Below are positions 1 through 6,761 of a stretch of 54,899 bases of DNA, piece by piece. A model generated the notes under the pieces. The model did not search any database. It saw only the letters and a program-made list of their open reading frames with translations, and was not told the DNA's origin. Position 1 is the stretch's first letter, and the number at the start of each line of letters is the position of its first letter. Location: NCBI GenBank assembly GCA_029288615.1, contig JARIGV010000002.1, positions 1 to 54,899 of the forward strand, read 5' to 3'. The position numbers and the translations under genes are program-made. The DNA is from Candidatus Tayloriibacteriota bacterium. GTDB taxonomy: Bacteria > Patescibacteriota > Minisyncoccia > Phycocordibacterales > CAIRYW01.

Positions 1-20
1 CCCGCTTTTCTTTTAGAGTA

Positions 21-368
21 TTACTTTACTGACTCGATCTTTACCTCAAAGAATGGCTGTCGGTGTCCGTTTTTCTTGAAGTATCGTGACTTCTGCTTGT
101 ATTTGATCACAGTCACTTTTGGATGTCGTCCGATCTTTGTAAGAGTTCCTTCTACGATTGCACCTGAAACAACAGGAGTACCGATAGTAGTGTTTGATCC
201 ATCATCAACGAGAAGTACTTCATTGAAAGTAACCTTGTCACCTTCTTTGTATTCACCAATGATCTTTTCGATCTTAACTGAATCTCCGACAGCAACTTTG
301 TACTGCTTTCCACCAGTTTTGATGACTGCAAATCCCTCTGTTTTTGTTGTGTTTTTTGCCTTAGGCAT
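21..368 (-). CDS. rplU: 50S ribosomal protein L21
   Basis: ORF 21..395 has the conserved L21 core FAVIKTGGKQYKV. The ATG at 368 (MPKAK..) is preferred over the upstream TTG at 395 because a TTGCAT-16-TAATAT promoter (minus strand, 379..406) lies inside the longer ORF. Confidence 0.9.
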   Translation of the reverse strand: MPKAKNTTKTEGFAVIKTGGKQYKVAVGDSVKIEKIIGEYKEGDKVTFNEVLLVDDGSNTTIGTPVVSGAIVEGTLTKIGRHPKVTVIKYKQKSRYFKKNGHRQPFFEVKIESVK

Positions 369-393
369 AGTGGGTACTATATTACGCAATTTC

Positions 394-427
394 AAAAAAA
401 ATGCAACTACCGCCTAATAAGCGGTAG
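394..427 (-). terminator. Intrinsic terminator or attenuator hairpin directly upstream of rplU
   Basis: On the minus strand, a 7-bp stem CTACCGC/GCGGTAG with a 7-nt loop is followed by TTGCA and T8. Confidence 0.5.
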
Positions 428-596
428 GAGTGCCGGGTTTTTATGAAGACAAAGTCTCCATAAAAACCCGGCCAATTTTTGCCATATCCATATAAAGATG
501 CAGGCCGCGGTCTCTTTCGAAACCGCGGCCTGGAAGATATAGAGCTTTCGCCCTAATGAAGTAAGCAGCCCGCCGACTTAAACAAACGGGCTAACT
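394..596 (-). ncRNA. Candidate structured RNA of about 200 nt (rplU leader/attenuator or independent sRNA), class unknown
   Basis: A minus-strand extended -10 (TGgTATAAT, plus coordinates 603..611) precedes five hairpins at 567..592, 540..555 (GAAA tetraloop on the minus strand), 503..530, 432..472 and 407..427, the last followed by a U8 tract. There is no credible ORF. Confidence 0.35.
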
Positions 597-651
597 ATTG
601 ATATTATACCACTTTTGTGTAATTTGTACATATATAAAAATTGCCCGCGAT

Positions 652-1233
652 TTACATCGCCGGGCTGTTGTGAAGAGACTTCGCAAAGGACTCAAGGTTC
701 GTACCAATAAGCACCGCATTTGCCGTCGGGTGCACATCGTCGACCGTCAGGATGTTACTTGCTTGGCAGATCCAGGCATCCGGAAGCAACTTCCTCGCTT
801 CTTCGAAACCTTCCTTGATCTTCGGCTCCTTCGCATTGATGAGCGCGAAGATATCCCTCGAGTTCCAGACGATTCGGAAACCTGAAGGAATCTTTTCGAG
901 GTCTTCGAAATAGTATGGCTCGATGAGGCACTGGCTTTCATTGCGCTCTGGAATGCGCCCAACGACGAGGACATAGTTGGCACCGCGCGCGAGCGCTTCA
1001 TCAACTTCCTCATCAGTGAAGTGAAAACCTTTCGCAAGAATGACCTTACCCGGCGCAAGTTCACGCGCCTTGGTGATGTACTCCATCGACCCGCCAAAAA
1101 GCGGATTTGTATGAATGGAGATCCAGTCACCCACCTCGCATGCGAGCGGGAAAAGTTCTTCCCATGTCTGGCCGGTGCTCATCGTCGGCGAACACGGCTT
1201 CACCTCTGCGATAACGATCGTGTCGGTATTCAT
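652..1233 (-). CDS. Indole-3-glycerol-phosphate synthase (TrpC/IGPS)-like TIM-barrel protein, short form
   Basis: The order of IGPS-like motifs is preserved: IAEVK..SPT, ISIHTNPLFGGS, ILAKGF, LIEP, WNSRDI, LIGTNL. GAGG lies 8 nt upstream of the ATG. Codon usage is G+C-rich, unlike the neighbouring genes. Confidence 0.6.
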   Translation of the reverse strand: MNTDTIVIAEVKPCSPTMSTGQTWEELFPLACEVGDWISIHTNPLFGGSMEYITKARELAPGKVILAKGFHFTDEEVDEALARGANYVLVVGRIPERNESQCLIEPYYFEDLEKIPSGFRIVWNSRDIFALINAKEPKIKEGFEEARKLLPDAWICQASNILTVDDVHPTANAVLIGTNLESFAKSLHNSPAM

Positions 1234-1268
1234 AACTTACCTCAACCTAACACATTGAAATCAGATGT

Positions 1269-2321
1269 CTATTCTTCGTTTGAAAGTTTATCCAAAATGA
1301 GAGGCTCAATGCCAGGAGACGATTCTGTAATACGCATAATATCTTTATCCACTTTCTTTAATTCTTTGCCAGATGAAATGAAATGATTGACCGTTGTTGA
1401 AAGCGAATTACCGAGTTTATTGTGGAATTCTTCATAACTCTTCAAATGTTTTCCAAGATCCTCGACACGTTTGATGATATCCTTCGCAGTCTCTTCGATC
1501 TGCATTGCTTTAAGGCCCTGAAGCACAGTCTGAAGATATGCCAAAAATGATGTCGGACTCACAATGATGACCTTATACTTTCCTGCCGCACGCTGAATAA
1601 GATTTTCATTATCCTCTTTAAGGGCGCCAATTTTATTGACCAAAAGATCATAGTAGATCGCTTCATGCGGAATGAACATGAATGCAAAATCCATCGTCCC
1701 TTCCGAAGGTTTTACATATTTTGATGTTTCGATAATTCGATTTTTGAGATCGTTTACAAAAATCTTCTCGAGTCTCTCTTTTTCTGCTTCATTTTTCTCT
1801 TCAATGATCCTGTTGTAATTTTCGAGCGAGAATTTTGAGTCGATGCAAATGATCTTATCTTTTACTTTCACAATCGCATCCACAATCGTGCCATCCGCAA
1901 ACGGGTACTGCATCTGGAAGCTTCCAGGCGGCAAAACATTTTTAAGGAGAGTTTCCAAATAATATTCACCAAGAATCCCTCGCTGCTTCGGATTTTTCAA
2001 AACATCCTGAAGGCTCTGGAGCTGATCTGCAAAAGAAATTACCTGCTTGTTTGTCTCATCGAGGCGCGCAAGACGCTCTGTAATATCCCGTATCACTTTG
2101 TACGACTCACTCGATTGATAGCGGAGCGATTCCTGCATCTCACGAGAAGTATCACGGATCTTTGAGTCCACCACCTTCGAGAGGTCATTTATATGAGAAA
2201 GAATAAGCTGGAGACCTGTACCATCTTCTTTTTCTGGCTCTTTTTTACGAAGCATGAGCCAAAGAATAATAGCGTTTATAAAGAAAATAGTGCCGATAGC
2301 AATGTAAATTCCTGAATTCAT
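1269..2321 (-). CDS. rmuC: DNA recombination protein RmuC
   Basis: 350 aa with an N-terminal TM segment, a coiled coil and an RmuC-type C-terminal nuclease-like region (IDSKFSLENY, FAFMFIPHEAIYYDL). Confidence 0.85.
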   Translation of the reverse strand: MNSGIYIAIGTIFFINAIILWLMLRKKEPEKEDGTGLQLILSHINDLSKVVDSKIRDTSREMQESLRYQSSESYKVIRDITERLARLDETNKQVISFADQLQSLQDVLKNPKQRGILGEYYLETLLKNVLPPGSFQMQYPFADGTIVDAIVKVKDKIICIDSKFSLENYNRIIEEKNEAEKERLEKIFVNDLKNRIIETSKYVKPSEGTMDFAFMFIPHEAIYYDLLVNKIGALKEDNENLIQRAAGKYKVIIVSPTSFLAYLQTVLQGLKAMQIEETAKDIIKRVEDLGKHLKSYEEFHNKLGNSLSTTVNHFISSGKELKKVDKDIMRITESSPGIEPLILDKLSNEE

Positions 2322-2386
2322 GACGACATTATATCAACATTCCCTTTTGTGATATAGTTTTTGCTATAGACAACTAAATAAAAAAG

Positions 2387-2836
2387 ATGCAAGACCAAAT
2401 CAGAGAACAGATCAAACAAGCAATGCTCGCAAAAGAAAGCGATAAGCTCACCGTACTCCGCGGCGTTCTTTCAGCTTTCACAAATGAGCTCGTAGCAAAA
2501 GGCAGAACACCTCAGGATAAGCTTACAGACGAAGAAGCAGTCGCAGTCATCCGCCGACTCGCAAAGCAGCGAAAAGATTCTATCGAGCAATTTGAAAAAG
2601 GAGGACGCGCCGACCTTGCAGATAACGAAAAGAAAGAGCTCGTTATTCTTGAAGCTTTCCTTCCACAGATGATGAGCCGAGAAGAGATCAAAAAAATCGT
2701 CGAAGCCAAAAAGGCAGAGATGGGAGAAGTAGATAAATCAAAAATGGGAATGTTTACAGGTGCCGTTATGAAAGAGCTTAAAGGAAAAGCTGATGGTGCG
2801 GATGTAAAAGCAGTGATCGACGAATTACTCGCGTAA
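2387..2836 (+). CDS. GatB/YqeY domain protein
   Basis: 149 aa with a typical YqeY N-terminus (I.EQIKQAML.K....L.VLRGVLSA) and C-terminal GKADG..V..VI. Confidence 0.85.
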   Translation: MQDQIREQIKQAMLAKESDKLTVLRGVLSAFTNELVAKGRTPQDKLTDEEAVAVIRRLAKQRKDSIEQFEKGGRADLADNEKKELVILEAFLPQMMSREEIKKIVEAKKAEMGEVDKSKMGMFTGAVMKELKGKADGADVKAVIDELLA

Positions 2837-2844
2837 ATAAAAAG

Positions 2845-3078
2845 ATGCACGAATCATTTGAACCAATCAAAGCAAATATTCCTGAGCTTGCAGATCAAGT
2901 GGCAGAAATAATGAGCACGGGCCCCGACCATGAATTGATGCCCACGATACTTCAAGTGATGCAAACTTTTATAGAAAAAGGCGGAAAAGTAGAGAATTCT
3001 GGGGCATTAGCAGGAGAAATTGCAGATGAGTTAGATCGAAGACATTTCACAACTGAACTACCACCACACATGAAATAA
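2845..3078 (+). CDS. Hypothetical acidic protein
   Basis: 77-aa ORF starting 8 nt after the yqeY-like stop and ending 1 nt before the next ATG, so it sits in an operon context. Confidence 0.5.
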   Translation: MHESFEPIKANIPELADQVAEIMSTGPDHELMPTILQVMQTFIEKGGKVENSGALAGEIADELDRRHFTTELPPHMK

Positions 3079-3079
3079 A

Positions 3080-3454
3080 ATGAGTCTCCGCACACCTGAA
3101 ACATTCAAGAAATACGAAGAAGCAAGAAAGAATGCTCCGCCCGGCTGCCCTCTCTGCCGAGCAAAAGACATCAATGTCATCAAAGATTTCACTTATTGGG
3201 TCATCATTCCCAACGATTTTCCCTACGACAAAATCGCGAAAGAAAATAACATGCTCACTTTGAAGCGTCATGCCGATCTCGATCAAATGACAGCCGAAGA
3301 AGCCGCAGAGCTTATTCTCATAAAATCACAAACACTTCCCACTCTTCCCTACTCAACTCTTTACGAAAACCTTCCACGACAACAAAGTGTAAAAGGTCAC
3401 TATCACATTCATCTCATTGTGCTCAAAGACGAATTTGCTGACATGCCGGCATAA
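3080..3454 (+). CDS. HIT-family (histidine triad) nucleotide hydrolase/transferase-like protein
   Basis: A histidine-triad-like GHYHIHLIV lies near the C-terminus, with CPLC near the N-terminus. 124 aa. Confidence 0.6.
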   Translation: MSLRTPETFKKYEEARKNAPPGCPLCRAKDINVIKDFTYWVIIPNDFPYDKIAKENNMLTLKRHADLDQMTAEEAAELILIKSQTLPTLPYSTLYENLPRQQSVKGHYHIHLIVLKDEFADMPA

Positions 3455-3490
3455 TCTTTTGCATAAAAATAGCCCAGAAATTTCCTGGAC

Positions 3491-3754
3491 TTAAGAATCA
3501 AGAACAACGAGGCCGTGAGGATAGACCGTAAACTTCTGCCGGAGCTCTGAGAGCTTCGGCTTTACTGTCTCATGATCGACATGAGTCCAGTTGTAAGTCT
3601 TCGGATCTTCGCGAAACCAGACGCGATGACATGCCCGGCATTCTACCAGTCGCTCATGGATCTCGACCGGATGAGTAAGGAAGACATCGCACTCGATGCA
3701 GCTCACGCCGATTCTCTCGAGGTTCTTTTGACTGCACGTTTGTGTCGCGCTCAT
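3491..3754 (-). CDS. Hypothetical small Cys-rich (CxxC...CxxC) protein, G+C-rich
   Basis: ORF 3491..3787. The second ATG at 3754 (MSATQTC..) is preferred because a TTGACG -35 box lies only 9 nt upstream of the first ATG and the first 11 codons are A+T-rich like non-coding sequence. Cys motifs: CIEC...CRAC. Confidence 0.5.
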   Translation of the reverse strand: MSATQTCSQKNLERIGVSCIECDVFLTHPVEIHERLVECRACHRVWFREDPKTYNWTHVDHETVKPKLSELRQKFTVYPHGLVVLDS

Positions 3755-3802
3755 ATAAAAAGTACTGATTTCAAAATAGTGCCTCATATTTTTATAAACG
3801 TC

Positions 3803-3832
3803 AATAATAAAAATTGCCCGATATGATCGGGC
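3803..3832 (-). terminator. Intrinsic terminator after ORF 3837..4133
   Basis: The GCCCGAT-CAT-ATCGGGC hairpin is followed by AATTTTTATTATT on the minus strand. Confidence 0.6.
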
Positions 3833-3836
3833 GAGA

Positions 3837-4133
3837 TTAGTGCGAGTAGCGCAGAGTGCGTGGCTGCACCAAATTGAAGATTAGTAAGAGCCCGAGCCCC
3901 GCTGTAAGCGGAATGCCGTATTTAATTCCGACGTAGGAACCCTTCGATGCCTCGTAACCGTAATTGTAGGCAGTATTCTTCCACCCAGACTTTTCCTTCG
4001 GTGTGAATGTCTCCTGCCATTCATTGAGATGGAGTGTCTCTGCATGGAAGGCCGCCTTGGCGACCTTCGGGCTTACGAAGTTGAACGTAGCAAGTGCCGC
4101 GCAAAACGCTATAAAGAGCTGGATTATTTTCAT
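3837..4133 (-). CDS. Hypothetical secreted/membrane-anchored small protein
   Basis: 98 aa with an N-terminal signal-like segment (MKIIQLFIAFCAALATFNFVSPKVAKA) and a C-terminal hydrophobic helix. Confidence 0.5.
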   Translation of the reverse strand: MKIIQLFIAFCAALATFNFVSPKVAKAAFHAETLHLNEWQETFTPKEKSGWKNTAYNYGYEASKGSYVGIKYGIPLTAGLGLLLIFNLVQPRTLRYSH

Positions 4134-4171
4134 TAAAGGAGATTATGCTATGAAATTGAGAGGGAGGCAAA

Positions 4172-4891
4172 TTATAATTGAAAATTGAAAGACTTCTTTA
4201 TTTGCTCTTTTGATAAATTTATTTTTTCAATAATCGTATCTCTTATTTTTAAAGTGATTTTATTAACCGATTCATCAATTTCCGTAACCTTTAAACAATA
4301 CTGGTCTATATTATCTAGCGCATCATTTCTAAAATTTTGTTGATTCAGAAGGTTTATATTTTTATTATAATTTAATAAAATATTTGAACAGATCGTTGCA
4401 ATCTCACTTAATTTGTTTTCTAGAAGATTATTCCAGTCTTCTTTTAATGCTGGAAAATAAGTGTCTATATAAGTGGCCGCTAATTCCATCTGTGCTTCAA
4501 TAGCTCTTGAAAAAATATCATTTGTATCTTCATATGTTTTTCCTGACTTAATCGCTTCTTTAATCCCCAATGTTGTACCTTTACACTTATGACTTTTATC
4601 AATAATTTGAATGAGCTTAGATATAACAAACAATCCCTTATCTTCAATAGATTCTACTATTTTTAGATTATAAGCGTATCGTCTGTCATGTAAATTTTGA
4701 ATTGAACTTAACAAGAGAGCTATTATAGTGAAAAAACCAATAATAAAGTTTGGATCAATATTTCTTACTAAGAGAAAACATCTGAAATTATCAGAAAATA
4801 AATACAGTACGAGCAAAAAAAACATTAGCAATAATACAGACTGGAGAATATGTTTTTGAAAGATATTAAAATATTTTTTTACTAAATCCAT
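4172..4891 (-). CDS. Hypothetical membrane protein (2 N-terminal TM segments plus a helical cytoplasmic domain), strongly A+T-rich
   Basis: 239-aa ORF with an ATG start and an Asn/Ile/Lys-rich composition. No family recognised. Confidence 0.6.
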   Translation of the reverse strand: MDLVKKYFNIFQKHILQSVLLLMFFLLVLYLFSDNFRCFLLVRNIDPNFIIGFFTIIALLLSSIQNLHDRRYAYNLKIVESIEDKGLFVISKLIQIIDKSHKCKGTTLGIKEAIKSGKTYEDTNDIFSRAIEAQMELAATYIDTYFPALKEDWNNLLENKLSEIATICSNILLNYNKNINLLNQQNFRNDALDNIDQYCLKVTEIDESVNKITLKIRDTIIEKINLSKEQIKKSFNFQL

Positions 4892-5068
4892 AATTTAACT
4901 ATAAATCATATTGAATTTGAGGGAATCGGTCACGAATATTTTGTTCGCCGCCGCTCACAAAATTTCTCGACCCCGACTCGCGGCAAATTCTGCTGAATTT
5001 GCGTCCGCTCCGTCTTTCGATTCCTTTTGCAAGGATACGCAAAAGTCGAAATTTCCTCCAGAAATTTG

Positions 5069-5140
5069 TGACCCTACGGGGAATCGAACCCCGATTTAAG
5101 CCTTGAGAAGGCTCCGTCCTAACCGTTAGACGATAGGGCC
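5069..5140 (-). tRNA. tRNA-Glu (anticodon CUC)
   Basis: Manual cloverleaf: GGCCCUA-UC-GUCU-AACGGUUA-GGAC-G-GAGCC-UUCUCAA-GGCUU-AAAU-CGGGG-UUCGAUU-CCCCG-UAGGGUC-A. CCA is not encoded. Confidence 0.95.
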
Positions 5141-5204
5141 TAAAAGCAGGAAGACTATAGCACTTTTTAATTAAATCTGGAAGATTTTTGATATAATTAG
5201 CCCC

Positions 5205-5501
5205 ATGAAAAAACCATATTTAAACGCCCTTGCGGCAGCAGTTTATATCTCTCTCGTCGTATTATTCATGCATTACATGCAGTCGATTCGCCATGACACG
5301 CCTGACACTTTTATCGACGGCCTCGGCATGATCTCACTCATCGTATTCTCAGCAGCTGTAATGGGATTCCTCTTCTTCTATCAGCCAGTAGTACTTCTCA
5401 TTGAAAACAAGAAAGCGGAAGCTATGCGATATTTCCTCCAAACTCTTGGCACATTCGGTATTGTCACAGCAATCGCTTTGATCCTTGTAAGCATTCAGTA
5501 A
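5205..5501 (+). CDS. Hypothetical membrane protein (3 TM)
   Basis: 98-aa hydrophobic ORF. TGaTATAAT at 5189..5197 lies 7 nt before the ATG. Confidence 0.6.
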   Translation: MKKPYLNALAAAVYISLVVLFMHYMQSIRHDTPDTFIDGLGMISLIVFSAAVMGFLFFYQPVVLLIENKKAEAMRYFLQTLGTFGIVTAIALILVSIQ

Positions 5502-5545
5502 ATTAAAAACCTTTAAACACACCCTTTGTTTGGGTGTGTTTTTAT

Positions 5546-5574
5546 TTGACGTTTTATGTAAAACGTGGTATTAT
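5546..5574 (+). promoter_or_regulatory. Sigma-70-type promoter TTGACG-17-TATTAT
   Basis: -35 at 5546..5551 and -10 at 5569..5574. The ATG at 5583 is 8 nt downstream of the -10. Confidence 0.5.
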
Positions 5575-5582
5575 TAAGCCCT

Positions 5583-5810
5583 ATGAAAATCCGTTCCTTC
5601 TTGAAACACGTGGGTGTGTGGGTCGTCTGGTATCTTGGCTTCATCTTCATGATGACGACTGCGGTCCCGATAATTCACGCTATCATGGCCTATCAGCACC
5701 ATCGTCCTTCCCTTGCCTACTGGGTTCTCGCTGCTGCGATCTTCGCGGTAAGCCACATCACCTGGCGCTGGGCCGACCACAAACGCTGGCAGCTCAAAAA
5801 GATCGGCTAA
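5583..5810 (+). CDS. Hypothetical small membrane protein, G+C-rich
   Basis: ORF 5565..5810. The ATG at 5583 is chosen because the -10 box overlaps the upstream GTG. Two TM helices. A hairpin terminator (GCCGCTCGTCTTCGGACAGCGGC plus a T-rich tail) follows. Confidence 0.5.
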   Translation: MKIRSFLKHVGVWVVWYLGFIFMMTTAVPIIHAIMAYQHHRPSLAYWVLAAAIFAVSHITWRWADHKRWQLKKIG

Positions 5811-5954
5811 CACCGACCGGCATCATCCACACAAAAAAGCCGCTCGTCTTCGGACAGCGGCTTTTCTCTTTTTAAATTGACTTCCAAAACCTCTTTGATA
5901 CTCTTCCCAGAGCGTTTTGGTACAACACCAGAGCTTTATTTCAAAGGAGAAACT

Positions 5955-6296
5955 ATGCCCGATTCAAAACATGGTAAGTGGGACGAAATCAGCCACGCTG
6001 ACGCCCTGCCCTACCTTCTTCCGGAGGGTGTGACGCGTTTGTGTGAAATAATATACGACGATGGCGATACTCGCCGCTCTTCGTATGAAGCATACATTGG
6101 CACCACTAAAGGTGTGTTTCGCTACAGACATTCCAGCACTTCCGATTTTCCTCGTGAAAAGAAAGAAGCAGAACACATCGGCCTCGAGGAGTTCGAGATC
6201 GTGAAGCTCGAACAGCGCGGCGAGACAATCGTTGCCTACTCAAAGTGTAACAAAGCCTTTAAAGCCGCGAGTTATATTCTCAGAGGCACCCGCTAA
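5955..6296 (+). CDS. Hypothetical protein, G+C-rich
   Basis: ORF 5877..6296. The internal ATG at 5955 is preceded by AAAGGAG (5943..5949). The terminator CCCTCgtcatGAGGG plus a T-run follows. Confidence 0.55.
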   Translation: MPDSKHGKWDEISHADALPYLLPEGVTRLCEIIYDDGDTRRSSYEAYIGTTKGVFRYRHSSTSDFPREKKEAEHIGLEEFEIVKLEQRGETIVAYSKCNKAFKAASYILRGTR

Positions 6297-6374
6297 CCCC
6301 TCGTCATGAGGGAATTTTTATTTATTTGACTTTTTTTATAAATATTGCATTATGTGTGAGAAAAGTTTTTTGAT

Positions 6375-6725
6375 ATGAACTACGATCCGATTATCCTCAT
6401 CATCCTCGCCTTCTACTACTCGAACGTACTCTGCGTCGTTGCAACACGAAGTATTCTCGAAAAAAGTAAGGTGCGATGGAACTCGCTAAGCCTCGGCTTT
6501 ATTTTCATTGTGGTCCTAGCACCAATGCTCGACGGCGTGAAGCTCAGCGAAGTGTACCTGGGACTTCGCAAGGAAGAATTGGCTACATTATTTGATTGCG
6601 GACTTTTCCTGATTTTCTTTTTTTTACTTTCCTACTGTTTCTTTAGAGCAATGTTTACGCCTTTGGCGGAGCTTTTGGAAGAAGAAAAAAGACAAAAGAA
6701 AGGGACGATTTATATCAGCAGATAG
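6375..6725 (+). CDS. Hypothetical membrane protein
   Basis: 116 aa with about 3 TM helices and a charged tail. Confidence 0.55.
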   Translation: MNYDPIILIILAFYYSNVLCVVATRSILEKSKVRWNSLSLGFIFIVVLAPMLDGVKLSEVYLGLRKEELATLFDCGLFLIFFFLLSYCFFRAMFTPLAELLEEEKRQKKGTIYISR

Positions 6726-6761
6726 TAACAAAAATGACCCGAACCATCGGGTCAATTTTTA

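Noticed and set aside
394-651. SRP (4.5S) RNA in the rplU upstream spacer.
   Set aside because: The plus strand contains GUAAGCAGCC, reminiscent of the SRP domain IV GGAAGCAGC. However, the apical loop would be UUUC rather than GNRA, the motif lies about 14 nt from the loop instead of 3-4 nt, and the flanks form independent hairpins instead of one long helix. The promoter and terminator signals also point to the minus strand.
4911-5099. A 62-aa plus-strand ORF.
   Set aside because: It overlaps tRNA-Glu on the opposite strand and has no start context. It is treated as spurious.
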